Below are positions 8,216-16,822 of a stretch of DNA of 64,000 bases, in pieces. The translations under genes and the position numbers were made by a program. Origin of the DNA: Deltaproteobacteria bacterium (GTDB lineage: Bacteria; Myxococcota_A; Polyangia; HGW-17; JAJRWW01); the NCBI GenBank assembly GCA_029938605.1, contig JAOZUO010000004.1:23048-87047 (forward strand). The letters run 5' to 3'. Numbering within the stretch: the stretch's first letter is position 1; each line of letters opens with the position of its first letter. The notes beneath the pieces were generated by a model that made no database searches, had not been told where the DNA came from, and was given only the letters and a program-made list of their open reading frames with translations.

Positions 8216-8868
8216 GCACTATGGTCAACTTTGTCTCAGGTCCCCTGGTCTGGATCGCCCTGGTCACGTTCGTGGTGGGGACCGTGGTGCGCATTGTCTT
8301 GATGATCCGCACCATCAAACTGGACAAGACCGTCCTGCCCGCCATGACGGTCAAACACAGCCTCCGGTCTATCTTCTTTTGGACGCTGCCCTACGGGAGC
8401 CGGTCCATGCGGACGCGCCCGTTCTTCTCGGGCCTGTCCTACCTCTTCCACCTGTGTCTGCTGGCGCTGCCGCTTACGGTCATGGGGCACGCGGTGCTCT
8501 GGCAACAGGCCTGGGGGATCCGCTGGTGGAGCCTGCCTTCCGGGGTGGCGGACGTGATGACGGCGGTGGTGATCTTCGCCGGGGGGATCTTTTTGTTGCG
8601 GCGGATCATGTCTCCGGAGGTGCGCAACGTAAACACCTGGCGGGACTACGTGATCCTGGTCATCGTTCTTTTGCCCTTCGTCACCGGGTTCATCGCCTAC
8701 CACCAGTGGCTGGACTACCGGACGATCATCATCCTGCACATGGTCAGCGGCGCGGTGTGGCTCATGGCCATTCCGTTTACGTGGCTGCAGCACATGTTCA
8801 TGTTCTTCTTCTCCCGAGCGTACATGGGCAGCGAGTTCGGCGCCGTACGCAACGCGCGGGATTGGTAA
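8212..8868 (+). CDS. hmcE: NarI-type dihaem cytochrome b membrane subunit (HmcE / DsrM / HmeC family)
   Basis: 218 aa with 5-6 TM helices and conserved His in helices (LFHLCLL, MGHAVL, ILHMVSG, LQHMF), as in nitrate-reductase-gamma-like quinol-oxidising subunits. The size matches HmcE. Confidence 0.8.
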   Translation: MSTMVNFVSGPLVWIALVTFVVGTVVRIVLMIRTIKLDKTVLPAMTVKHSLRSIFFWTLPYGSRSMRTRPFFSGLSYLFHLCLLALPLTVMGHAVLWQQAWGIRWWSLPSGVADVMTAVVIFAGGIFLLRRIMSPEVRNVNTWRDYVILVIVLLPFVTGFIAYHQWLDYRTIIILHMVSGAVWLMAIPFTWLQHMFMFFFSRAYMGSEFGAVRNARDW

Positions 8869-8880
8869 AGGGTAGGTCGT

Positions 8881-10209
8881 ATGGCGGATCTCGAAGATAT
8901 GGCGGTGGCTGACCCGGGATTCGATCTCGCGCTGGCGAAGCTCACCCCCGAGCGCATCGAGCAGGTGATCAACTCGGTCCTCTCCCAGGCGGTGGCCGAG
9001 AGGATGAAGCTGTTTCTCAAAACCTGCGTGCACTGCGGCCTCTGCGCCGACGCGTGTCACACCTACCTGTCGCGGAACCGGGACCCGGATTTCGCGCCGG
9101 TGGCCAAGGTTCGGGATACGCTGGGGGTGATGCTGAAAAAGAAGGGCCGCGTCAGTCCCGAGTTCATGAAGAACGCGGCGCGCGTGGCCTTCATCGAGTG
9201 CGGCGGCTGCCGGCGCTGCTCCATGTACTGCCCCTTCGGCATCGACATCGCCACGATGATCATGACCATCCGGCGCATCTGCAGCCTCCTGGGCATGGTG
9301 CCCCAGTTCATTCAGGACACCACCAACAGCCACTCCGCCACGTCGAATCAGATGTGGGTCCAGCCCGACGACTGGATCGACACGGTCATGTGGCAGGAGG
9401 AGGACGCCCAGCTCGAGGTAGCCGGCCTCCGCATCCCCCTGGACAAGGAGGGCGCCGAGGTCATGTACTCGGTGATCGCGCCCGAGCCCAAGGTCATGGC
9501 GCAGCTCATCGCCAACATCGCCGTGCTCATGACCGTAGCCAAGGTGGACTGGACCATGCCGTCGGCCGACGGGTGGGACAACAGCAACATGGCCATGTTC
9601 TCGGGGGACCTCGAGATCATGGGGCGCATCGAGCGGGAGCACTGGGAGCGCGCCCTGGAGCTTCGGGTGGGCAAGATGGTCATGGGCGAGTGCGGCCACG
9701 CCTACCGCGGCGCGGTGTACGACGGCCCCAAGTGGCTGGGGTGGCAGGGGCCGCCCTTGCCCATGGTGCACGCGGTGGAGCTCTACTACGACCTTCTGCG
9801 CGAGGGGCGCATCGAGATCACCGACAAGCTCACCGAGCCGGTGACCATCCAGGATCCTTGCAACATCGTGCGCGGGCGCGGCCTGCACGAGAAGCTGCGG
9901 TACGTGGTCCATGCTCTGTGCGACAACGTCGTCGAGATGGACCCCAAGTTCGAGCACAACTACTGCTGTGCCGCCGGCGGCGGGATCATCAACTGCGGCG
10001 CGCCCTGGAAGATGGCGCGGCTCAAGTCCATCAAGATCAAGGCCACGCAGCTCAAAAAAACGGGTGCGAGCCTGTGCATCACGCCTTGTCACAACTGCCA
10101 CCACGGCGTTGTGGACATCATCGGTCACTACCACATCGACATGCGCACCTCGTTCCTCATCGAGTTGATCGTCAAGCAGATGAAGATACCCGAGGGGCTA
10201 GGAGTATGA
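8881..10209 (+). CDS. hmcF: HdrD-like iron-sulfur oxidoreductase with two [4Fe-4S] motifs and two CCG domains (HmcF / DsrK / HmeD family)
   Basis: CVHCGLCADAC and CGGCRRCSMYCPFG ferredoxin motifs. CCG-domain signatures are DPCNIVRGRG, NYCCAAGGG and CITPCHNCHHG. The stop overlaps the next start (ATGA). Confidence 0.85.
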   Translation: MADLEDMAVADPGFDLALAKLTPERIEQVINSVLSQAVAERMKLFLKTCVHCGLCADACHTYLSRNRDPDFAPVAKVRDTLGVMLKKKGRVSPEFMKNAARVAFIECGGCRRCSMYCPFGIDIATMIMTIRRICSLLGMVPQFIQDTTNSHSATSNQMWVQPDDWIDTVMWQEEDAQLEVAGLRIPLDKEGAEVMYSVIAPEPKVMAQLIANIAVLMTVAKVDWTMPSADGWDNSNMAMFSGDLEIMGRIEREHWERALELRVGKMVMGECGHAYRGAVYDGPKWLGWQGPPLPMVHAVELYYDLLREGRIEITDKLTEPVTIQDPCNIVRGRGLHEKLRYVVHALCDNVVEMDPKFEHNYCCAAGGGIINCGAPWKMARLKSIKIKATQLKKTGASLCITPCHNCHHGVVDIIGHYHIDMRTSFLIELIVKQMKIPEGLGV

Positions 10210-11834
10210 CGACCATGTCTGGACGAATCGCAGCGTGGGTCCCGGCCGCACTGGTCTTGGCCCTCGTCCTGGATGCGGGAGCGTCAGCGGGGTGTCAGCG
10301 TCCGGCGGCCCAACCCACCCGGGAGGTGGGTCCCGGCGTCCTGGTGATCCGCATGGCGCCGGCGCTGGGCAAGATGCGTCGGCCCCCCGTGACGTTTGAT
10401 CATGACCAACACTCGGCCGCGGTCAAAGGCGACTGTAAGACCTGCCACCTCGTGGATCGCGCCCAGACGCTGTCTGCGAAGTTCCTGCGGGGTAACGACG
10501 GTAAGAGCGCCGGCAAGCTTCAGGACTTTTATCACGATCGCTGCCTGGGCTGTCACAAGCGGCGCGGCCGGGGCGCCATGGTCTGTGGTGAGTGCCACGC
10601 CAAGGGACCCCGGATCCGATCGACCTGGAAGGAGCTCCGCATGGACTACTCCCTCCACGCGCGTCACGTCCTGGCCCAGCAGAAGCGGTGCGCCGACTGT
10701 CACCACGTCTTCGACAAAGCGAAGCAGAAGCTGGTGTACAAAAAAGGAGCCGAGGAGAGCTGCAAGTCCTGCCACACCGCCCGCACCGTGGGGCGGCGGC
10801 CGTCCCTGCGGTTGGCGGCGCACCAGGCTTGCATCTCGTGCCACCTGCGGACCCGGGGTGCCGGTCTGGCCACAGGTCCCCTGGACTGCGCGGGTTGCCA
10901 TGGCCCCCGGGCCCAGTCGAAGATCAAGCGGTTGGAGCACCCCGAGCGGCTCATGCGCGGCCAAAAGGACCGGCTGTGGGTGAAGGCCAAAGGGGGCAGT
11001 TCCCAGCGGGTCCCCTTCAACCACCTGGCCCACGAGAAGGCCGGGTCGAGCTGCAGCACCTGTCACCACCAGACCCTGGGATCCTGCAACGGGTGTCACA
11101 CCATGGGGGGCGCGAAAAAGGGCGGCGGAGTGACCCTGGCCCAGGCCCACCACGACCCCGGATCTGTGCATAGCTGCGTGGGCTGTCACGCCCAGGCGAC
11201 CAAGCAGGCGAGCTGCGCTGGATGTCACCATACGATCAAGGCCGAGGCCAGTCGGCGAAGCTGCGGTGTTTGTCACAGTGGGCCCAAGGCGGGGACTCCG
11301 CTGGCGGCGGGGATTCCGCTGGCGGCGGGGACTTCGGTGGCGGCGGGGACTCCGCTGGCGGCGGGGACTCCGCTGGCGGTGGGGACTACGCTGGCCCCTC
11401 CCGTCGTGTCGCGTCGCGTGACCACGGCCCTACCGGCCTACTCCAAGGATTTCCCCGAGCGGGTCACCATCAAGATCCTCGCCCGGGACTATGCGCCGGT
11501 GGTGATGGAGCACGGGCGCATGGTGCGCAAGCTGCACAGCCTGGCGACGAAGAGCTCGCTGGCGGTACGGTTCCACGGTGGGGTCGAGTCCCTGTGCGCG
11601 GGGTGTCACCACCGGGCCAAGCCCGGGACCCGGCCCGCGCCCTGTAGCGCATGCCACACCCGCCAGGGCCACGCCACCCGGGACCGACCGGCGCTTGGGG
11701 CGGCCTACCATCGGCAGTGCGTGGGTTGTCATCAGAAGATGGGGCTCACCAGGTGGCAGGGCTGCGAAAGCTGTCACAAGAAGGGGTCGTCGAAAAAAAC
11801 CGCTGGCTCCCGGCCGCGAGGAGGAGTGCGATGA
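10206..11834 (+). CDS. hmcA: Sixteen-heme periplasmic cytochrome c (HmcA-like high-molecular-weight cytochrome)
   Basis: Begins at the ATG at 10206 inside the long 9054..11834 frame. Signal peptide MTTMSGRIAAWVPAALVLALVLDAGASAG. There are sixteen CxxCH motifs (CKTCH, CLGCH, CGECH, CADCH, CKSCH, CISCH, CAGCH, CSTCH, CNGCH, CVGCH, CAGCH, CGVCH, CAGCH, CSACH, CVGCH, CESCH) in ~540 aa, which is the HmcA architecture. Confidence 0.85.
   Translation: MTTMSGRIAAWVPAALVLALVLDAGASAGCQRPAAQPTREVGPGVLVIRMAPALGKMRRPPVTFDHDQHSAAVKGDCKTCHLVDRAQTLSAKFLRGNDGKSAGKLQDFYHDRCLGCHKRRGRGAMVCGECHAKGPRIRSTWKELRMDYSLHARHVLAQQKRCADCHHVFDKAKQKLVYKKGAEESCKSCHTARTVGRRPSLRLAAHQACISCHLRTRGAGLATGPLDCAGCHGPRAQSKIKRLEHPERLMRGQKDRLWVKAKGGSSQRVPFNHLAHEKAGSSCSTCHHQTLGSCNGCHTMGGAKKGGGVTLAQAHHDPGSVHSCVGCHAQATKQASCAGCHHTIKAEASRRSCGVCHSGPKAGTPLAAGIPLAAGTSVAAGTPLAAGTPLAVGTTLAPPVVSRRVTTALPAYSKDFPERVTIKILARDYAPVVMEHGRMVRKLHSLATKSSLAVRFHGGVESLCAGCHHRAKPGTRPAPCSACHTRQGHATRDRPALGAAYHRQCVGCHQKMGLTRWQGCESCHKKGSSKKTAGSRPRGGVR
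11287..11396 (+). repeat. Six 18-bp in-frame tandem repeats inside hmcA encoding a (G-T-P-L-A-A)-type linker
   Basis: gcggggactccgctggcg repeated about six times with point variants. It encodes AGTPLAAGIPLAAGTSVAAGTPLAAGTPLAVGTTLAPP between heme clusters 12 and 13. Confidence 0.8.
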
Positions 11835-12919
11835 GCATTTCACGGAGAGGATTCATCGGCGGCGCTGGCGCGGGCGCGGTGGCGTCGGTGGCGGTGGGTA
11901 GCAAGGCGGCCCGGGCGGGGGGCGGCGCGGATCGGTTCATGGGCCACCCGGGGTCCATGGGACTTTTGCATGACACCACCCTGTGCGTGGGGTGCCGGTC
12001 CTGCGAGCTCGCCTGCACCAAGGTCAACTCAAAGCCCAAGCCCGCGGGGCCTCTGCACGACAAGTCCATCTTTTCCAAGCTGCGGCGGGTCACAGACAAG
12101 CTGTACACGGTGGTGAACCGGTACGTGAAGGCGGCAGGCAAAAAGCCGGCGGTGTACCGCAAGCATCAGTGCATGCACTGTCAGGAGCCCTGCTGCGCCT
12201 CGGTGTGTTTCGTCAAGGCCTTCACCAAGACCCCCGAGGGGCCGGTGCTGTACGACCCGAGCGTGTGCGTGGGCTGTCGCTACTGCGTGAACGTGTGTCC
12301 CTACTACGCCCTGGGATATGAGTACGACAACGCCTTCAATCCCACGGTACAGCGGTGCACCATGTGCTACACGCGCATCAAAAAGGGGGAGGAGCCCGGG
12401 TGCGCCCAGGCGTGTCCCATGGGGGCCATCGTCTACGGCAAGCGCGAAGATCTACTCAAGCTGGCCCGGCAGCGCATCGCCAAGTTCCCGGACCGGTATG
12501 TGGACCAGGTGTTTGGCGAGCACGAGTACGGCGGCACGAGCTGGTTGACCATCGCCGGGGTGACCTTCGACAAGCTCGGCCTGCCGGTGAATGCCAGCCA
12601 CAAGCCCCTGCCCGAGCTGACGGCGGGGTTTTTGTCCATCGTACCTTTGGTGATCACCATCTACCCGGGGCTGCTGTTAGGCTTTCATGCCTGGACCAAG
12701 CGCAAGGAGCGGTTGGCCGAACAGGAGCGACTGGCGGCGGCCGCCGAGGCCAAGGCCGCCGCCGAGGCGGCGGGCGCCACCAAGGCCGCCCAGCAGAAGA
12801 AGCTCGCAGATTCCCGCCACGCCAAGGCGGTGGACCTGGCCGTGAAGAAGGCGCTGGCCCAGGCGGCTAAGGAGCGTGAGGCGGAGTCTGACGCGGCGAA
12901 GAAGGAGGACACCCCATGA
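11831..12919 (+). CDS. hmcB: Tat-exported 4x[4Fe-4S] ferredoxin-type subunit with C-terminal TM anchor (HmcB / DsrO / PsrB family)
   Basis: Twin-arginine leader MSISRRGFIGGAGAGAVASVAVG. Four Cys clusters (CVGCRSCELAC; CMHCQEPCCASVC; CVGCRYCVNVCP; CTMC...CAQACP). A C-terminal helix (FLSIVPLVITIYPGLLLGF) is followed by an Ala/Lys-rich tail. ATGA overlaps at both ends. Confidence 0.8.
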   Translation: MSISRRGFIGGAGAGAVASVAVGSKAARAGGGADRFMGHPGSMGLLHDTTLCVGCRSCELACTKVNSKPKPAGPLHDKSIFSKLRRVTDKLYTVVNRYVKAAGKKPAVYRKHQCMHCQEPCCASVCFVKAFTKTPEGPVLYDPSVCVGCRYCVNVCPYYALGYEYDNAFNPTVQRCTMCYTRIKKGEEPGCAQACPMGAIVYGKREDLLKLARQRIAKFPDRYVDQVFGEHEYGGTSWLTIAGVTFDKLGLPVNASHKPLPELTAGFLSIVPLVITIYPGLLLGFHAWTKRKERLAEQERLAAAAEAKAAAEAAGATKAAQQKKLADSRHAKAVDLAVKKALAQAAKEREAESDAAKKEDTP

Positions 12920-14151
12920 GTGACTCCACTGCCAACGACGTCGGTGTTGCCACGGACGTCGGTGTCGCCACGGACGTCGGACCTGCCACGGAGGCGGCGC
13001 CCACAAAGCGGCCGCTGCTGACTCCCTTCAACATCATCGCCACGTTGATCCTGCTGGCGGGCGTGGCGGCGGGGCTCTACCGCCTCGCCGTGGGGCTCGG
13101 GCCCTCCACCAACCTGGACCACGTGAACCCCTGGGGCCTGTGGATCGGCTTCGACGTCATGACCGGTGTGGCCCTGGCCGCCGGCGGATTCACCATCTCG
13201 TCGGCGGTGTACCTCTTCGGCCTCAAGGAGTACCAGCCCCTGGTGCGGCCGGCCATCCTCACGGGCTTTCTGGGGTACTTCCTGGTGGTGGTGGGACTGC
13301 TGGTCGATCTGGGGCAGCCCTGGCGGCTGCCGTACACCTTCGCGGTACAGGCCGGACCCACCTCGGCGCTGTTCGAGATCGCCCTGTGCGTGGCGCTGTA
13401 TCTCACCACCCTGTTCGTGGAGTTCACGCCGGCGGCCTTCGAGTGGCTCGGCTGGAAGCGGTGGCGGGCCCTGGTCCACTCCATGACCATCGCCCTGACC
13501 ATCTTCGGGCTGATCCTGTCGACCATGCACCAGTCCACCCTGGGGGCCATGTACCTGATCGCCCCGTCTCGGTTGCACCCGCTGTGGTATTCGACGCACA
13601 TCCCGGTGCACTTCTTCGTGTCGGCGGTCATCGCGGGTCTGTCCATGGTGATCTTCGAGTCGGCCCTGTCCCACCGGGTCTTCGCCGACAAGGTGGAGAT
13701 CACGCACGAGAAGCTCGACGAGATGACCATTGGACTGGCCAAGGCGGCCTGCGTCGCCCTGGGGGTGTACCTGGCCATCAAGGTGGTCTCTGTCTCCCTG
13801 GACAACGAGTGGGCGCTGCTGTTTACGCCCTACGGCCACTGGTACCTCTTTGAGATCCTAGGCTTCGTGGTGCTGCCCTTGATTGGGTACACCATCGGCT
13901 TCCGAGAGAGGCGGCCCACGATCATTCGGGTCTCGGCGGTGATCACGGTTTTGGGCATCGTGCTCAATCGGTTGAACGTGTCGATCTTCGCCTACAACTG
14001 GCAGTTGCCGGCCCACGAGCGGTACTGGCCCCACCCGTACGAGATCATCGTCACGGTGGCGCTGGTGACCTTCGGCGTTGTGATGTTCAAGTGGATCGCC
14101 AACCGGATGCCCATTTTGCACGAACACCCCGACTGGCGGGGCGATCACTAG
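12916..14151 (+). CDS. hmcC: NrfD/PsrC-type integral membrane quinone-interacting subunit (HmcC / DsrP family)
   Basis: 411 aa with ~10 TM helices typical of the NrfD family. The N-terminus has an 18-bp x3 repeat (NDVGVATDVGVATDVGPAT). Confidence 0.8.
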   Translation: MSDSTANDVGVATDVGVATDVGPATEAAPTKRPLLTPFNIIATLILLAGVAAGLYRLAVGLGPSTNLDHVNPWGLWIGFDVMTGVALAAGGFTISSAVYLFGLKEYQPLVRPAILTGFLGYFLVVVGLLVDLGQPWRLPYTFAVQAGPTSALFEIALCVALYLTTLFVEFTPAAFEWLGWKRWRALVHSMTIALTIFGLILSTMHQSTLGAMYLIAPSRLHPLWYSTHIPVHFFVSAVIAGLSMVIFESALSHRVFADKVEITHEKLDEMTIGLAKAACVALGVYLAIKVVSVSLDNEWALLFTPYGHWYLFEILGFVVLPLIGYTIGFRERRPTIIRVSAVITVLGIVLNRLNVSIFAYNWQLPAHERYWPHPYEIIVTVALVTFGVVMFKWIANRMPILHEHPDWRGDH

Positions 14152-14173
14152 ACCAGGAGAACCCGAGTCAATC

Positions 14174-14296
14174 ATGCATACGTTGCAGGACTTCTTCCAT
14201 TTCACAAAGGGCCTGACCTACATTGTAGCTGGGCTCTTCCTGTTGGCCTCCATTGGCTTCTGGCTGTTTTTGACCAGCCGAGAGGATGAAGAGTAA
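14174..14296 (+). CDS. 40-aa single-TM membrane peptide, possible HmcD analogue
   Basis: Not in the ORF track (below the 60-aa cut-off). AGGAGA lies 13 nt upstream of ATG. Translation is MHTLQDFFHFTKGLTYIVAGLFLLASIGFWLFLTSREDEE. It sits directly after the NrfD-like gene, as HmcD does in Hmc operons. Confidence 0.35.
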   Translation: MHTLQDFFHFTKGLTYIVAGLFLLASIGFWLFLTSREDEE

Positions 14297-14345
14297 GGGC
14301 TTCGGTGACGACCGGGCTTCGGTGACGACCGGGCTTCGGTGAAGG
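14297..14345 (+). repeat. Intergenic 17-bp tandem repeat (about 2.9 copies) directly upstream of the receiver gene RBS
   Basis: gggcttcggtgacgacc gggcttcggtgacgacc gggcttcggtgaagg, followed by GAAGGAGA and the ATG at 14357. Confidence 0.8.
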
Positions 14346-14356
14346 AGACAGACCCC

Positions 14357-14887
14357 ATGGAGAATGAGAAACCCAAGCTGGTGCTGGTCGTCGACGACGA
14401 GCCCGACGTGCGCATGTTCATCGAGGCGGCCCTCGAGGACGCGGGCTTTGAGGTGGTCACGGCGGGCAACGGTCACGAGGCCTACAACCGCGTCAAGGAG
14501 CGGGCGCCGGATTTCATTACGCTGGATCTGGTCATGCCCAAGCAGTCGGGCGCGCTGTTTTATCTGAAGCTGTGCAACAACAAGACCTGGTGTGACATCC
14601 CGGTGATGATCATCTCGGCCCACGCTCACGACGAGTTGGGCGAAGACGACTTTCGGCAGCTCATGAAGGGGCAGGGCGCGCCCCGCCCGACGCACTTCAT
14701 GGAGAAGCCGGTGCGTCCAGACGAGCTCGTGCGAGTCGTGTGCGAAACCCTCGGGTTGGATCCGAGTGGTGCTGTCGCCGACGACGCCACCACCGACGCC
14801 CGGGATGAGGTGTTTTCCAAGCTTAAGGGCGCCGACTTGAAGACCCTAAAGAGGATCCGGTCGGTGCTCGACAAGGAGGAGGGCTGA
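14357..14887 (+). CDS. Stand-alone CheY-like receiver (REC) protein
   Basis: KLVLVVDDEPDVRMFIEAALEDAGFEVVTAGNGHEAYNRVKERAPDFITLDLVMPKQSG...IPVMIISAH. The acidic pocket and phospho-acceptor Asp are present, and there is no output domain. A strong RBS (GAAGGAGA) lies 8 nt upstream. It is a paralogue of the REC genes at 45311 and 48457. Confidence 0.8.
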   Translation: MENEKPKLVLVVDDEPDVRMFIEAALEDAGFEVVTAGNGHEAYNRVKERAPDFITLDLVMPKQSGALFYLKLCNNKTWCDIPVMIISAHAHDELGEDDFRQLMKGQGAPRPTHFMEKPVRPDELVRVVCETLGLDPSGAVADDATTDARDEVFSKLKGADLKTLKRIRSVLDKEEG

Positions 14888-14915
14888 GCCTGGCGGCCAG
14901 AGCCCAGACGACCCT

Positions 14916-16448
14916 ATGGCACCTGACGAGCTTAGAACCTGGATCAGCGAGCAGCTGTTCGATGTCGCCCCCATCGCCATCGCCACCATCGATCGTGACT
15001 TCAACGTCGTGCAGGCCAACGCGGCCTTTGAGGCGAAGTTCGGCGAGTGGCAGGGGCGCAAGTGCTACCAGGTCTACAAGGACCGGGACGCGCTGTGCCC
15101 GCGGTGCATGGCGTCACGGTCCTTCGAGGATGGGCAGAGCCGCGTCACCCCCGAGGTGGGCGTGGACGAGCACGGATCGATCACCCACTACATCAAGCAC
15201 ACCGTGCCCATCGTGCGGGAGTCCGGGGAGATCCCGTATCTGGTGGAGATGTCCATCGACATCACCGAGTCGCTGCGACTCGAAGATGAGCTGCACATCG
15301 CCCACGACTTTCTGAAGACGCTCATCGCCACCTCTGCCGACGCCATCGTGGGCGTCAACGCGGACCAGGAGGTGCGGGTGGTGAACCCTGCGGCGCGAAA
15401 GCTGTTCAAGATCGCCGACACCGAGACCCTCACCGGGGATCAGCTGGTGGAGATCCTGCCCCGGGGCCTGTTCGACGACGTCTTCTCCTGCGACCGCAGC
15501 CTGCTTCTGCCCGAGACCACCGTGCGCGCCACCGACGGGGAGGAGATCCCCGTGCGGCTGGCCGGGGCGTGCATGGAGTCGGGCGGCAAGCTGCTCGGGG
15601 GCGCCATCTCCATCACCGACCACCGGGAGCTGCGAGATCTGCAGGCCGAGAAGCTGGAGGCCGAGCGGTTGGCGGCGGTGGGGCAGACCGTGGCGGGCCT
15701 GGCCCACGGGGTCAAGAACCTGCTGACGGGCCTGGAGGGGGGCATGTACCTCATGTCCACCGGCCTCAAAAAGGGCAACCAGAAGCGGGTAGATAACGGC
15801 TGGGACATGCTCAACCGGAACATCGTCCGCATCTCCCGGTTCGTGCGCGACTTCTTGAGCTTCTCCAAGGGCCGGACCATCACCGTGGAGCCGGCAGACC
15901 CCGTGGCCGTGGCCCGGGAGGTGGTGGGCCTCTACGTGGCCCGGGCCGAAGAGGCCGGCGTGAAGCTCACCTGGAGCGCCAAAGGAGACATCGCCCCGGC
16001 CAACCTCGACTTCGAAGGCTTGCATGACTGCCTCACCAACCTGGTGGGCAACGCCATGGATGCCTGCCAGATGAGCGAGCACGAATCCGATCCCGAGTCC
16101 GAGCTCGAGCCCGATCCCGAGTCCGAGGGTGGTCAGGCAGAGGCGGGCTCCACCGTGCACGTCTGCGTGTCCGACGAAGACGGCGTGCTGCGCTACTCGG
16201 TGACCGACAACGGCGTGGGCATGGACTACGAGCTTAAGCAGAAGGTCTTCACCACGTTCTTCACCACCAAGGGTCTCGGCGGCACCGGCCTGGGCCTGCT
16301 CACCACCCGCAAGATCATCCAGGAGCACGGCGGCCGCATCGAGCTGGAGTCCACCCCCGGCAAAGGCTCCACCTTCACCATCCTCCTCCCCCGCGACCGC
16401 CTCCCCGCCCGCACCACCAAGAGCGACGACCCCGACCAGGGCGCGTAA
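14916..16448 (+). CDS. Sensor histidine kinase with two PAS domains (first PAS carries a C-x11-CPRC cysteine motif)
   Basis: PAS (IAIATIDRDFNVVQANAAFEAKFGEWQGRKCYQVYKDRDALCPRCMASRSF), a second PAS, a HisKA H-box (LAAVGQTVAGLAHGVKNLL) and HATPase_c (TDNGVGMD...KGLGGTGLGLLTTRKIIQEHGGRIELESTPGKGSTFTI). An acidic insert has a DPESELEPDPESE DNA repeat. Confidence 0.85.
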   Translation: MAPDELRTWISEQLFDVAPIAIATIDRDFNVVQANAAFEAKFGEWQGRKCYQVYKDRDALCPRCMASRSFEDGQSRVTPEVGVDEHGSITHYIKHTVPIVRESGEIPYLVEMSIDITESLRLEDELHIAHDFLKTLIATSADAIVGVNADQEVRVVNPAARKLFKIADTETLTGDQLVEILPRGLFDDVFSCDRSLLLPETTVRATDGEEIPVRLAGACMESGGKLLGGAISITDHRELRDLQAEKLEAERLAAVGQTVAGLAHGVKNLLTGLEGGMYLMSTGLKKGNQKRVDNGWDMLNRNIVRISRFVRDFLSFSKGRTITVEPADPVAVAREVVGLYVARAEEAGVKLTWSAKGDIAPANLDFEGLHDCLTNLVGNAMDACQMSEHESDPESELEPDPESEGGQAEAGSTVHVCVSDEDGVLRYSVTDNGVGMDYELKQKVFTTFFTTKGLGGTGLGLLTTRKIIQEHGGRIELESTPGKGSTFTILLPRDRLPARTTKSDDPDQGA

Positions 16449-16567
16449 TCACCCGCTGCCCTTCGTCCTCGTCCTTGTCCGGTATCCGTCCCACCGGTCC
16501 GGTATCCGGACGCGCACGCCCCGAGGTCCGATCCGGGTACATAGGTAACAGATTTCTCCGGAGACAT

Positions 16568-16717
16568 GGACGCCCACCGCTCTTCCCAGTGGTCGAGGTA
16601 GGCTTGCGCCCCTTCGCGGCTCTTGAAGCGCATGTCCTTGAGCGGCGACCCTTTGGCGTGGCCGACACCTCGCTCCACTTTGCCCTTGCGATCCGGATGG
16701 CGCACCCTGGCTGGCAA
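16568..16717 (-). pseudogene. DDE transposase (IS21 IstA-like / rve-core) C-terminal fragment
   Basis: The first 50 aa of ORF 16226..16717 read MPARVRHPDRKGKVERGVGHAKGSPLKDMRFKSREGAQAYLDHWEERWA. This matches the HP-x-TKGKVER...F.S..ELN..L..W motif after the catalytic Glu of IS21/IS481-type transposases. Homology is lost after that and there is no upstream catalytic core, so this is a remnant. Confidence 0.5.
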
Positions 16718-16822
16718 AGCGACCGCGCCATGTAAGATTATGTTAACCTTCCCACTACCTAGACACCCACTGTGGTACAGTGTAAGCGCTTTGCGTCACT
16801 GGTCCGCCTAGCCCTGAGATTG

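Noticed and set aside
8236-10134. 632-aa minus-strand ORF antisense to the hmcE/hmcF-like genes. The same applies to other long antisense ORFs: 5022..6035, 15114..16328, 24223..26667, 36638..38365, 43079..43945, 46081..47214 and 60039..61496.
   Set aside because: All are Arg/Gly/Pro/His-rich, lack any motif and lie opposite genes with strong domain evidence. Long spurious antisense ORFs are expected at this GC content.
9054-10205. The 5' 384 codons of the 926-aa ORF 9054..11834
   Set aside because: This part overlaps the HdrD-like gene in another frame and translates to Gly/Arg/His-rich nonsense. The real gene (16-heme cytochrome) starts at the ATG at 10206 with a signal peptide, overlapping the upstream stop by ATGA.
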